64,000 bases of DNA from Squalus acanthias (Eukaryota): NCBI GenBank assembly GCA_030390025.1, contig JASTWF010000034.1, positions 4,836,001 through 4,900,000 of the forward strand, given 5' to 3'. This document shows, piece after piece, positions 25,940 to 37,554 of the stretch. Under the pieces are notes generated by a model. That model was not told where the DNA came from, did no database searches, and was given only the letters and a program-made list of their open reading frames with translations. Position 1 is the stretch's first letter; every line of letters begins with the position of its first letter. The translations under genes were made by a program, and so were the position numbers.

Positions 25940-26415
25940 GAGAAGAGGGCATTTACTGGAATGGTACCAGAGATGAGACGTTTCAGTTATATGGAGAGAC
26001 TGGAGAAGCTGAGATTTCCCCCCTTCGACCAGAGAAGGTTAAGGGGAGATTTAATGGAGTTGTTCAAGGATTTGGATAGAGTAAATAATGAGGAACTGTT
26101 TCCAGTGGCGGAAGGGTCGTAACCAAAAGACAAAGATTTAGGATAATTGGCAAAAAACCAGAGGGAAGCTGAGGAGAATGTGTTTTACGCGGCGAGTTGT
26201 TATGATCTGGAATGCACTGCCTGGAAAGGTGATAGAAGGAGATTCAATAATAACTTTAAAAATTGAAAGGGATCAATACTGGAAGTGAGGGATTTGCAGG
26301 GCTATGGCAAAAGGACAGGGGATTCGGACTAATTGAATAGCTCTTTCAAAGGGCCGGCACAGGCTACATGGACCGAATGGCCTGCTTCTGTGCTGTATGA
26401 TTCTATGATTCTGTG
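25940..26415 (+). mobile_element. Old CR1 3' fragment
   Basis: RAFTGMVPEMR.FSY.ERLEKL...RRLRGDL; tail ATGATTCTATGATTCT. Confidence 0.85.
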
Positions 26416-26479
26416 AAAAAATAAGGCATTGAGTCCTTATCTCATGTGTAAAATCGAAGTTCTGCAGTTTTTGAGACAG

Positions 26480-28140
26480 ATTTTCAACCATCTTCAGTTA
26501 GAAGTGCCGAGTGGATGATCCATATCGGCCTACTCCTGAGGTTCCCACCATCACAGAAGCCAGTCTTCAGCCAATTCGATTCACTCCACGTGATATCAAG
26601 AAACGGCTGAGCGCACTGGATACAACAAAGGCTGTGGGCCCCGACAACATCCCGGCTGTCGTGCTGAAGACTTGTGCTCCAGAACTAGCCGCGCCTCTAG
26701 CCAAGCTATTCCAGTACAGATACAACACTGGCATTTATCCGACAATGTGGAAAACTGCCCAGGTAAGCCCTGTCCACAAAAATGAGGACAAATCCAATGC
26801 GGCCAGTTACTGCCACATTAGTCTACTCTCAATCATCAGCAACGTGACGGAAGGTGTCATCGACAGTGCTAGCGGCACTTACTTACCAATAACCTGCTCA
26901 CTGATGCCCAGTTTGGGATCTGCCAAGACCACTCTGCTCCCGATTTCATTACAGCCTTGGTCCAAACATGGACAAAGGAGCTGAATTCCAGAGCGAGGTG
27001 AGAGTGACTGCCCTTGACATCAAGGCAGCATTTGACCGAATGTGGCATCAAGGAGCCCTAGTCAAACTGAAGTCAATGGGAATCGGGGGAAAACTCTCCA
27101 CTGGCTGGAGTCATACCTAGCAGAAAGGAAGATGACTGTGGTGGCTGAATGTCAATCATCACAGCCCCAGGACATCGCTGCAGGAGTTCGTCAGGGCAGT
27201 GACCTAGGCCCAACCATTTCCGCTGCTTCATCAATGGCTTCCCCTTCAACATAAAGTCAGAAATAGTAGTGTTCCCTGATGACTGCACAGTGTTCAGTGC
27301 CAATCTCAGCTGTACAGATAATGAAGCAGTCCATGCCCGCATGCAAAAAGAGCTGGACGACATTCAGGCTTGGGCTTACAAGTGGCAGGTAACATTCGCG
27401 CCACAGACGTGCACGGTAATGACAATCTCCAACAAGCGAGAGTCTAACCACCGCCCCTTGACATTAAACGACATTACCATCGCCGAATCCTCCATCATCA
27501 ACATCCTTTTGGTCACCATTGACCAGAAACTTAACTGGACCAGCCACATAAATACTATGGCAACAAGAGCAGGTCAGAGGCTAGGTATTCTGCGGCGAGT
27601 GTCTCAACTCCTCACTCCCCAAAGCCTTTCCACCATCTACATCTCACAAGTAAGGAGTGTGATGGAATACTCTCCACTTGCATGGTTGAGTGCAGTTCCA
27701 AGAACAATCAAGAAGCTCGACACCATCCAGGACAAAGCAGCCCGCTTGATTGGCACCCCATCTACCATCTTAAACATTCACTCCCTCCACCACCGGCGTT
27801 CCGTGGCTGCAGTGTGTAACATTTACATGATGCACTCAAGCAATTCACCAAGCCTTCTTCGGCAGCACCTCCCAAACCCGCGAACTCTTCCACCTAGAAA
27901 GACAAGGGCAGCAGGCGCATGGGAACACCACCACCACCAAGTTCCCCTCTAAGTCACACACCATCCTGACTTAGAAGCATATCGCCGATCCTTCATGGTC
28001 GCTGGGTCAAAATCCTGGAACTCCGTAGCTAAGAGCACTGTGGGAGTACCTTCAACACATGGACTGCAGCGGTTCAAGAAAGCGGCTCTCCACCACCTTC
28101 TCAAGGGCAAATATGGATGAGCAATAAATGCTGGCCTTGT
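26480..28140 (+). mobile_element. 5'-truncated non-LTR retrotransposon (CR1/L2-group, different family), RT and C-terminus
   Basis: KAVGPDNIP, TALDIKAAFDRMWH, GVRQGS.LGP, FPDD and VRSVMEYSPLAW motifs; 3' UTR with AATAAA. Confidence 0.9.
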
Positions 28141-31100
28141 CCCCTGGCGAAGTGGAGTGAGGGGTGGAGTGAGGAGGTGGGCAGGCCTTCTCATTAACCA
28201 CCCCGTCATAGCCTTAAAGCTGAAATATCTGTGGTGCTATGTGGGTTTGCTCTCATGGCCATCAGACAGTTGGATAACATGTTAAACCACTGTCTGGGGT
28301 GGTCCGTACAAAACGTTTCCAGCATGGTTTTAAGGGTTCGATTTCCCCACTCCACTACCTCTGATGATTGTGGGTGGTGCACTACATGCAATTTGTGGGA
28401 GAATTTCATGAGTCTCTGAAGTTCTGAGAACATTTTGCTGGTAAAATGAGTCTCTTGGTTACTATCCACCTGGATTGTTATTCCGCACCTGCAGACCACC
28501 TCACACAAAAGCAGTTTTGCTGCTGTCAGGGCTGTGTTCATTCTACAGCGGAAAGCCTCAATCCATTTCATCAATATGTCTATTAGGACCAGACAGTATT
28601 TGTAGCCCGAGGGCGCCGTGACGAGGGTGCCTATAAAGTCTATCTGGATGTGTGTCCAGGCTCCGTAGTAAATCGAATAATTCTCCTCCCATAGCTGGGG
28701 GGCGCAGGTGACGCAGACATCCGGGGTACTGACGTACATGAGGATGTATAGCAGGGTGCCGGGCGCATCATGGTGAAGGGAGGTGAGCGGGGTTAACGGG
28801 GTTGGCCCAGTAAGGTTGGCCCTGCAGGTGCCATGCGATTACGACCGAGTATGGGTCGTACATGGCTTGCAAGGAGGCTGGATCGTTGGCCGGGCTTACA
28901 GCTGATATGGGTAACGGGTCAGTTTCCTGGGGTTTTGCCCCCACAAACAGGCCACTATTCCGGCCTGCTTTGCTGCCTTGTCTGCAGAGGAGTTGCCCCT
29001 AGCTAGTGGTTCCATGGAGCGGGAATGTGCCCTAACCGTGCCCATATAGACAGGTGCCGTACGTCCCCGCAACACCGCGTCCAGAACCCGAAAAGGGACC
29101 GCGTGTAACAAGAGTTTACCGTCGGTCATGCAAACGTTATTCCGGGCACACAGGGGTAAGGAGAGCAGGGTGTTGATAGCATAGGCACTGTCGGACCAAA
29201 TATTCATACTTTGAGAATTGGTAATCTGAATGGCAGTGACGGGGGCAGCCACCTCAGCGTACTGTGCCGAATGAGGGCTACATTTTTAATGAATGACCAC
29301 ATTCGGCAAGATAATGGCGAACCCGGTGCACGGTTTACCGTCCTTGTGAAATGACGATCCCTCGATAAAGGCATCCGGAGCGTCCTGAATCAGCTCTGCC
29401 TGGACCGAAGGGATGCGGAAGTCCAGCGGAGGAAAAGAACATTCGTGTGGTGTTTCGTCGTACAGGAGACGCTGAGGCAGTGAGGTAATTGGTTTGGGAG
29501 TGATCTCCAGGTCGCGCTGAGTCAGTTCCAATGTCCAATGGCTCAGCCGGGCTGATGACACCAGCGTGTCTCCGGGCCGGAGCAACAGGTTCAGAGGTGT
29601 GTGTGGAATCTGCAGTATCACCCGCTTGAACGCCGTATTGTGGTGAAGTGTTTGACGGCCCATATCGTGGATAACAAGTGTCTTTCGCAAGTGGAGTAAG
29701 TCAGTTCGACGCCCCTTAAGATTCTGGAGGCCGATGCGATAGTTACTAGTCCGCCCTGGTTATCTTGGCATACGGCGGCGAAGGGCTTTTCTCGCTGGGT
29801 CCGAACACCATGTGGAGGGGTTTCTGGGATTGGGTGAAACCAGACATGTCGCCTGTAGGCGGATTGCTTCAACGGCGCCACTGCGACCATGCAGCCCTTA
29901 GTCCAGCCGGGTTTGATATAATGGTCATCTTCTTTAAGTAGTTCATGAAGTGGTGCAGCAGTCTCTGTGAACCGTGGAATGAAGGTCCGCTGATATCCCA
30001 CCAGCCCAAGGAAGGAACGCAGTGCAGTCTTTGAGGTGGGCAGGGATAGAAGCTGGATGGTTTCGACCTGGGGCCGTTCAGGGCTGATGCCGGATGCTCC
30101 GATTCGGACGCCTTTAAAGGTAACAGTCCTGTGCCAATTGTGCCTTACGTGGTTGAACCTTTAGTCCGGCACCCTTCAGGTTCGCAATAGTTCTTGTAGG
30201 GGGTTTCGGTGCTGGGCGCCGTCTGTGGCAGCAAGCAGGATATCATCAACATATTGAAGCAAATCGGAAGGTAGTGGAAAGCTCTTCAGAACCCTGGCCA
30301 TACGTTTGTGGAAAAATAATGGGGGCATTATCGGACCCCTGCGGCAAACACGTCCAGGTGTAACCCTGATCCTCGAAGGTAAATGCGAATTTAAACGGAT
30401 CTTCCTGTCTTATAGGGATTCTCCAAAAGCCATTAGAAATATCCAGGGTTGAGAAGACTGTCCTTCCGCTGGGAAGCTGAGAGAGTAGGGTGGGTGTGTC
30501 CCTAACTCTCTGTCTGGAGTTCCAGATGGCCCTGACTTTTGGTTAGGCAGCGGGTCCTCAACGGCCGCTACTGCAGCCTTGGCAGGTGTCCTAGGGATAT
30601 TGGCACGGGTCTGATCCCAAGCAGTCCTGGCATGGGTGCGTAGTTGTTCCCACGGGGTGTCTTTGGAGACGTAAACGCCCAGCACGTTATGGACCAATGG
30701 TTGGAGGCCGTTCAAAAAGAGGTTTTTGAAGCTCGGGTGTTTGAAGTAATTCCCTCCGCCGCCCCTGGTGCGCTGGGAAATGTCATGGAGTTTATGCACA
30801 AAAAGCATTCGGGCTTTCGGTAGGGCCCTGTTTGGTGTTAGCTCGGACCTGGTGAAAATCAATGCCCTCCTGCCCGAGTGTTTGGCCTAGTTCTAATTAA
30901 ATCTCATATATTGTGACCCCCTCAGTATGTCCAGGTCCATTTCTTGTTTTAATCCAGAGGAACATGCATCCAGGAAGACCTGTTTGAGGTTGTCCCCTTC
31001 TAGTTCCGGGCGGGTGATCATGAAAATCCTCCAGCGCTGCCTGAGGTTGAGGAGGCTGGGGTCCCTATTCCCCGCCGCCAGGATAGCCTTTAGTGACCCC

Positions 31101-31310
31101 ACTTCAACCGCGGTAAGGGAGCAATGCGTGGTTGTGGTAGCGGTTTCTGCCTCGTTACAAGTGGTGGTCGAGGAGGCCGCCTCGCCATTCGGGTCTTGGC
31201 CAGCCTGGTGCTTGGACTCGCATGCTGCTGCAGCTCAGTGACCACAAAAACTGGTATCGTCTCCCCCGCCTCACCTTCCTTGTTTGGGTGGGGCGGAGCA
31301 GAGGGAGCAG
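28141..31310 (-). mobile_element. Decayed retrovirus-like LTR element internal region: gag-like (~30410-31310), RT (~29900-30410), tether/degenerate RNase H, second RNase H (~28900-29400), integrase (28141-28740)
   Basis: Own translation FKFAFTF..QGYTWTCLPQG...LLQYVDDILLA...LRSFLGLVGYQR.FIP; TCERHLL..IWAVKHF; F(I)EGSS...NIWSDSAY...VRAHS...GNSSADKAAK; WTHIQIDFIG...HPQSSEVVE.GNRTLK. Protease and RT N-terminus are deleted; no LTR seen. Confidence 0.9.
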
Positions 31311-31349
31311 AAAGTGTAGTTTTCTCAATGATGTTGTCCCAGCAAAGGT

Positions 31350-31638
31350 TGAGTGGAGCTGTAATTGAGGTGTATAATTTATGAGGGACCTAGATAGAGT
31401 GTATAGGAAGGTGATAATTCCCCGAGCAAGGAGGTCAATAACCAGTGGGCATAGATTTTAAGTAATTGGTAGAAGGATTAGAGGGGAGTTGAGGAGGACT
31501 GTTTTCACCCAGAGAGTGGTGCGGGCCTAGAACACACTGCCTAAAAGGTTGGTAGAGACAGAAACCATCACTGCATTTAAAAAGTACCTACAGCTGGCAG
31601 GATCACGATGGACAGAATTGACTCCTTCTGTGCCGTAA
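31350..31638 (+). mobile_element. CR1 3' fragment
   Basis: LIEVY...FTQRVV-like sequence and TTCTATGAATCTATGA tail. Confidence 0.75.
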
Positions 31639-32329
31639 ATTTCTATGAATCTATGAAGTTGTCAGACAGTTATGCGCCTCTGCACGTGTTTTTTTTTAAA
31701 CAATTACCGATAGAAAAATAATCAAACTCCATTTTACTTTTTTCACAGTCTTTCTACCTTGAAATCCTCCTGAGGAATTAACGCATCGGTTAATTAATAC
31801 AATCCAATTAAAAGATGTCTCCATATTTCTACCACAGAGTTAGAAGTTTCCACTTCAAATCCTTAAACAATTGAGAAAACTTAAACTGCCAATTGTTAGA
31901 TGTGATGATCTCATGTCCGGAATTAGCGATCGCCACATAGTTTACAATCAGCAGAGTTTAATTGTGGCCACAATGAAACTCGGGTTCACACCATTTAATA
32001 TGTTAGTGAACATCAATAATTGCAACTTCTTTCAGAGCAATATTTTAGGAACTATAAATTACTGAATATAACTGAAGAAAAAATTAGTCTTAACAAATTA
32101 AATCTTCGTAACATTTTTACACATTGAGAAAGAGCTCAAAGCCACGGCACTGGCACCAAAACATTCACACAGGCTTTTTAATTAATCAGTCCGTCCGCTG
32201 AAAACAAAGGAACTGCTGCAGCTTGTGAGACTAAAAAGGAACAGAATCTGTCCCCTTCTCCTTCTTCATTCCATCATATTTACTGCCTTTTCTCCCAAAC
32301 CAATTTATAATTTCTGATGAGTGTTACTT

Positions 32330-33070
32330 AGCCCAATTTGGAATAATAGTCAATTATATCCAAGCTGTTCTGTCTACCATTCTGAGTCATTTGAAATGGG
32401 CAAAACCAATCAATTTGCAAATTTCTTCACGGACCATGGCTCCAGGGACATGGCTAGAGGGCGTTTTAATTCCAGGATCATACTGGGCACAGGTGAGCCA
32501 GTCATTAATAATATAATTCATGGGCTGAACAATACTGGGTCACCGCACCTGCTGCACTTGCCTTTGGACCGGGCTTTCACCCTCCTGGTGCCCAGCAGGG
32601 GTGCGGCCCAACAGACAACTCGTTAGAAGTGACTGTGGGATCACCCATTTACCCGGATCAAATCACACGTCATCCTGTACTATAAAGTGTCCTTTCTTTG
32701 AAGGCATCTTTGGGCCACGAGCTTTGATGGCCGCCTGAACTGCTTTAATTAAGGAGTCATCACCCTGCAACCCTGAATGTGAGAAAGGGGATGTTTCACT
32801 TCAAACTTTATTGATCTGGCCTGCAAGGCTCCGTGTGGTTCCCACAATTCCAATGCAAACTATGCTCATACGTTTTGGCTAGCTGCTGTGCCTTGTCATT
32901 CTCACAGCCCCTGAGGACCATGTTGGAATGGGTTCAGATTTTTACCACCCCTAAAGGCTGTTGCCTCCTCTCAGCCTCTGTCAGAATCCACTGGATCTTC
33001 CCTTTCGAAGGCAACGACTTGCCGTCCACAGAAATAAATCCTCTTTTATTCCAAATTACTTCCTGCTTGT
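32330..33070 (-). mobile_element. Highly decayed retrovirus-like pol fragment (RNase H C-half, integrase zinc finger and start of core)
   Basis: Own translation: VIWNKRGFISVDGKSLPSKGKIQWILTEAERRQQPLGVVKI*THS...END KAQQLAK; then ...AGHQ...LTCAQYDP...GP*RNLQIDW...IIDYYSK. Not in the ORF track because of stops and frameshifts. Confidence 0.75.
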
Positions 33071-33769
33071 CAGAAGCTTAGTGGGTGTGGGAGAATGCAA
33101 TCTCAAAGGCAGGTCTAGGACTTGGAGTAACCGAATAATAAAATAGTGCTTTTTAAATGTTTCAATTCATTTCAAACAAGAACAGGCGTTTTTAATTTAA
33201 TCTGCATTGAGCAATAACAGTTTTTTAGCTGTAATCCCATTAGTACAAAGTGCTTTGAAGAAGTTCAAATTGATACACGATCAGACACCATCCTGCGATT
33301 GTAACTTGTAATCTTCAAAGCCGTATCTTACCTTTCTTATTGTAAATCAAACTTTTTGGTGCTTTTCACAGTTACACAAGTAAACTTCAGCCAAAATAAA
33401 TCCACACCAGCATCTTTAACTTAAAATGTGAATCACCAAATTTTAAAATATTGATCACCATAAAGGGTTATGAGCCCATACAGTGCCTAAACTTTACTTG
33501 ATACTACCAGGTCGGGAGCCCAAGAATTATTCCCACAGTTTAAATCAGTTCAAAACCAAACAGCCCTCAAAATATCTCAAACATAATCCATATGTCTACA
33601 CATACAAAGAGAAAACAATTAACACACTTAAAGCAGCACATGCTTCGAGAAAGAGAAACGGGAATCAAACATCACACAGACACAATTTAATAGAGATTTA
33701 CAAACAACAGAAATTAAGTAGAAACATTCTCAGCATTCTTAATGTGAAGCCCTCGGCTCTTTTACACTT

Positions 33770-34440
33770 TCACACACACTTCCCTACACATTGAAACCAC
33801 AAGCAACAGCCTTTGCCTGCTGCGACAAGACTGATGTTAACCTGTTTCCAAACGTTAATCTTCCTTCTCAGCACTATTTCTGGCCCTTCTTCTAACAGAC
33901 ACACCCAATCATCATCACCTGCTTCAAAGGGGTTTGACTGAATGTCCGCTACCTGGAACCAGTCCTCTCTCCATGGTAACTTCACCGCTATGTATTCTAG
34001 GATTGCTACTTCCATATTCCACCCGTGATACCCTCCACGCCTCTGTCCAGAAATCCCACTTCTTCCTGGGACGTGAACACCATATTGACTGGAATCTACT
34101 CACTCGTGACAACCATTCTTTGTTTGGCTATGTCAGGTCCCTGTTCGGGCGCCATTTATTCTGTCGGCATACAGATGTTCCATTGATTCGTGAACCTGGA
34201 CAGTAGCCATCCAGAGCAAGTCACTCTACTCGGTATATTAATTAATCAAAGTGAACGTTAGTGATTTAAACATTGCACGCAGCAATACAACAGTTTACAC
34301 AAGAATCAAGACTGCAGCAAGCAATGCATACGACCTTCAAACGAAAGATCTCAGCATCAAGGCAGAAGAGTGATCTGCTCTCTCTCTCAGCCCTTCAAGT
34401 TTCTTCTTTTTGTTCCTAGACGTTGTAAGAATAAAAATAT
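33770..34440 (-). mobile_element. LTR element 5' part: partial LTR (~34162-34440), tRNA-Lys3 PBS, leader/gag-like start
   Basis: Minus strand reads ...GCCGACA-GAATAAA-TGGCGCCCGAACAGGGAC followed by short ORFs; the LTR is cut by a CR1 tail at ~34441. Confidence 0.7.
34137..34154 (-). promoter_or_regulatory. Primer-binding site complementary to tRNA-Lys(UUU)/Lys3
   Basis: TGGCGCCCGAACAGGGAC, an 18/18 match to the canonical Lys3 PBS. Confidence 0.9.
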
Positions 34441-37400
34441 ATAGAAACATAGAAACATAGAAGATAGGAGCAGGAGTTGGTCATTCGGCCCCTCGAGCCT
34501 GCTCTGCCATTTAATGAGATCATGGCTGATCATCAAAATTCAGAACCCTGTCCCTGCTTTCTCCCCACATCCCTTGATCCCTTTAGCCTTAAGAAATATA
34601 TCTAACTCCTTCTTGAATATATTATAATGAGTTGGCCTCAACTGCCTTCTGTGGTAGAGAATTCCACAGGTTCACCAATCTATGGTTGAAGAAATTCCTC
34701 CTCATCTCAGTCCTAAATGGCTTCCCCCTTATCCTTAGACTGTGACCCTTGGTTCTGGACTCCCCTGCCATTGGGAACATCCTTCCTACATCTAGTCTGT
34801 CTAGTCCTGTTTGAATTTTATATGTTCAATGAGATCCCCTCTCATTCTTCTAAACTCTAGCGAATACAAGCTCAATCGTCCCAATCTCTCTTCATACGTC
34901 ATTCCTGCCATCCCAGTTATCAGTCTGGTGAATCTTCGCTGCACTCCCTTCATGGCAAGAACATCCTTCCTCATTAAGGCGACCAAAACTGCACACAATA
35001 CTCAAGGTGTGGTCTCACCAAGGCCCTGTACAACTGCAGCAAGACATCCTTGCTCCTGTACTTGAATCCTCTCGCTATGAAGGCCAACATACCATTTGCC
35101 TTCTTAACCACCTGCTGCACCTGCATGCTTACCTTCAGCGACTGGTGCACAAGGACACCCATGTCTCGTTTCACTTCCCCTATTCCCAATCTATTGCCGT
35201 TCAGATAATAATTTGCCTTCCTGTTTTTGACAACAAAGTTATTACCTCGCATTTATTTACATTATACTGCATCTGCCATGCATCTGACCAATCACCCAAC
35301 CTGTCCAAATCATACTGGAGTTTCTCTGCATCCTCCTCATAACACACACACCCACCCAGCTTTGTGTCATCTGCAAACTTGGAGATGTTACATCTAGTTC
35401 CCTCGTCTTGATCATTAATATATATTGTGAATAACTGGGAACCTAGCACCGATCCCTGCGGTACCCCACCAGTCACTGCCAGCCACTCGGAAATTGACCC
35501 ATTTATTCCAACTCTTTGCTTCTTGTCTGCCAACCAGTTCTCCATCCAAGTCATTACCTTACCCCCAATCCCATGTGATTTAACTTTGCACGCCAATCTC
35601 TTATGCGGGACCTTAGAGAAGGCCTTCTGAAAGTCCAAATACACCACATCCACTGGTTCTCCCTGATCTATTCTACCAGTTACATCCTCAAAAAATTCCA
35701 GTGGTTTAGGCAAGCATGATTTACCTTTTGTAAATCTAAGTTGACTTTGTCCGATCCTTTCACTGTTTACCAAGTGCTCTGCTATTACATCTTTTATAAT
35801 GGACTCTAACATTTTCCCCATTACCGATGTCAGGCTTATAATTCCCCGTTTTCTCCCTACCACCTTTTAAAATCGTGGGGTTACATTTGCTACTCTCCAA
35901 TCCATGGGAAATGTTTCAGAGTCGACAGAATTTTGAAAGATGATCAGCAATGCATCTACTATTTCTAGGGCCACTTCCTTAAGTACCCTAGGATACAAAT
36001 TATCAGGCCCTGCGGATATATCAGCCTTCAATCCCGTCAATTTCCCTAACACCATTTCCCTACAAATACTGATTTCATTCAGTTCTTCCCTCTCATTAGA
36101 CCCTATGTACCCCGACATCTCTGGGAGGTTATTTGTGTTCTCCTTTGTGAAGAGAGAACTAAAGTATGTATTAATAGAAACATAGAAAAATAGAAGATAG
36201 GCGCAGGAGTAGGCCATTCGGACCCTCGAGCCTGCTCTGCCATTTAATGAGATCATGCCTGATCATCCAAATTCAGTACCCTGTTCCTGCTTTCTCCCCA
36301 TATCCCTTGATCCCTTTAGCCTTAAGAAATATATCTAACTCCGTCTTGAATATATTTAATGAATTGGCCTCAACTGCCTTCTGTGGTAGAGAATTCCACA
36401 GGTTCACCACTCTCTGGGTGAAGAAATTCCTCCTCATCTCAATACTAAATGGCTTCCCCCTTATCCTTAGATTGTCACCCCTGCTTATGGACTCCCCTGC
36501 CATCGGGAACATCCTTCCTGCGTCTAGTCTGTCTAGTCCTGTTAGAATGTTAGTAGTTTCAATGAGATCCCCTCTCATTCTTCTAAACTCTAGCGAATAC
36601 AAGCTCAATCGTCCGAATCTCTCTTCATACGTCATTCCTGCCATCCCAGGTATCAGTCTGGTGAATCTTCGCTGCACTCCCTCAAAGGCAAGAACATCCT
36701 TCCTCAGATAAGGCGACTAAAACTGCACATTGGTCAGCCATTTATTTCTTCCCCATTATAAATTCCCCTGATTCTGACTGCAAGAGACCTACGCTTAACT
36801 TCACCAATCTTTTTCTCTTCACATATCTATAGAAGCTTTTACAGTCAGTTTTTATGTTCCCAGCAAGCTTACTCTCATACTCTATTTTCCCCCTCTCAAT
36901 TAATCCCTTTGTTCTCCTTTGCTGAAATCTATACTGCTCCTAATCCTCATGTTTGCTGGTTTTTCAGACCAATTTATATGTCCTCTACTTGGATCTTATG
37001 CTATCCCTAATTTCCCTTGTTAGCCATGGTTGAGTCACCTTTTTTGTTTTATTTTTATGCCAAACAGTGATGAACAAATTCTGTAGTTCATCCATGCGAT
37101 CTTTAAATGTTTGCCATTGCCTATCCACTGTCAACCCTTTAAGTAACGTTCCCCAATGCATCCTAGCCAATTCGCGCTTCATACCATCGTAGTTTCCTTT
37201 ATTTAAATTCAGAACCCTAGTCTCTGATTCAACTACTTCACTCTCCATGTTAATGAAGAATTCTATCATATTATGATCGCTCCTCCCCAAGGGGCCTCGC
37301 ACAACAAGATTGCTAATTAATCCTTTCTCATTACATAATACCCAGTCTAAGTTGGCCTGATCTCGAGTTGGTTCTTCGACATATTGGTCCAGGATACCAT

Positions 37401-37552
37401 CCAGTATACACTCAAGGAATTCCTCCTCCACAGTATTGTCACTAATTTGGATTGCCCAATCTATATGTAGATTAAAGTCACCCATGATAAATGCTGTGCC
37501 CTTATTGCACGCATCACTAATTTCCCGTTTAATGCCATCCCCAAACTCAGCA
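34441..37552 (-). mobile_element. Decayed CR1 ORF2 with a nested CR1 3' fragment (36175-36730)
   Basis: EN and RT motifs (MGDFNL, SDH, YLDFQKAF.KVPH, GVPQGSVLG, FADD); two (TTTCTATG)n-type tails at 34441 and 36175. Confidence 0.93.
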
Positions 37553-37554
37553 TA

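Noticed and set aside
34133..34154. Match to the HIV-1/lentiviral PBS region, suggesting lentivirus or vector contamination
   Set aside because: Similarity is confined to the tRNA-Lys3 complement, which many LTR elements use; the flanks are not lentiviral.
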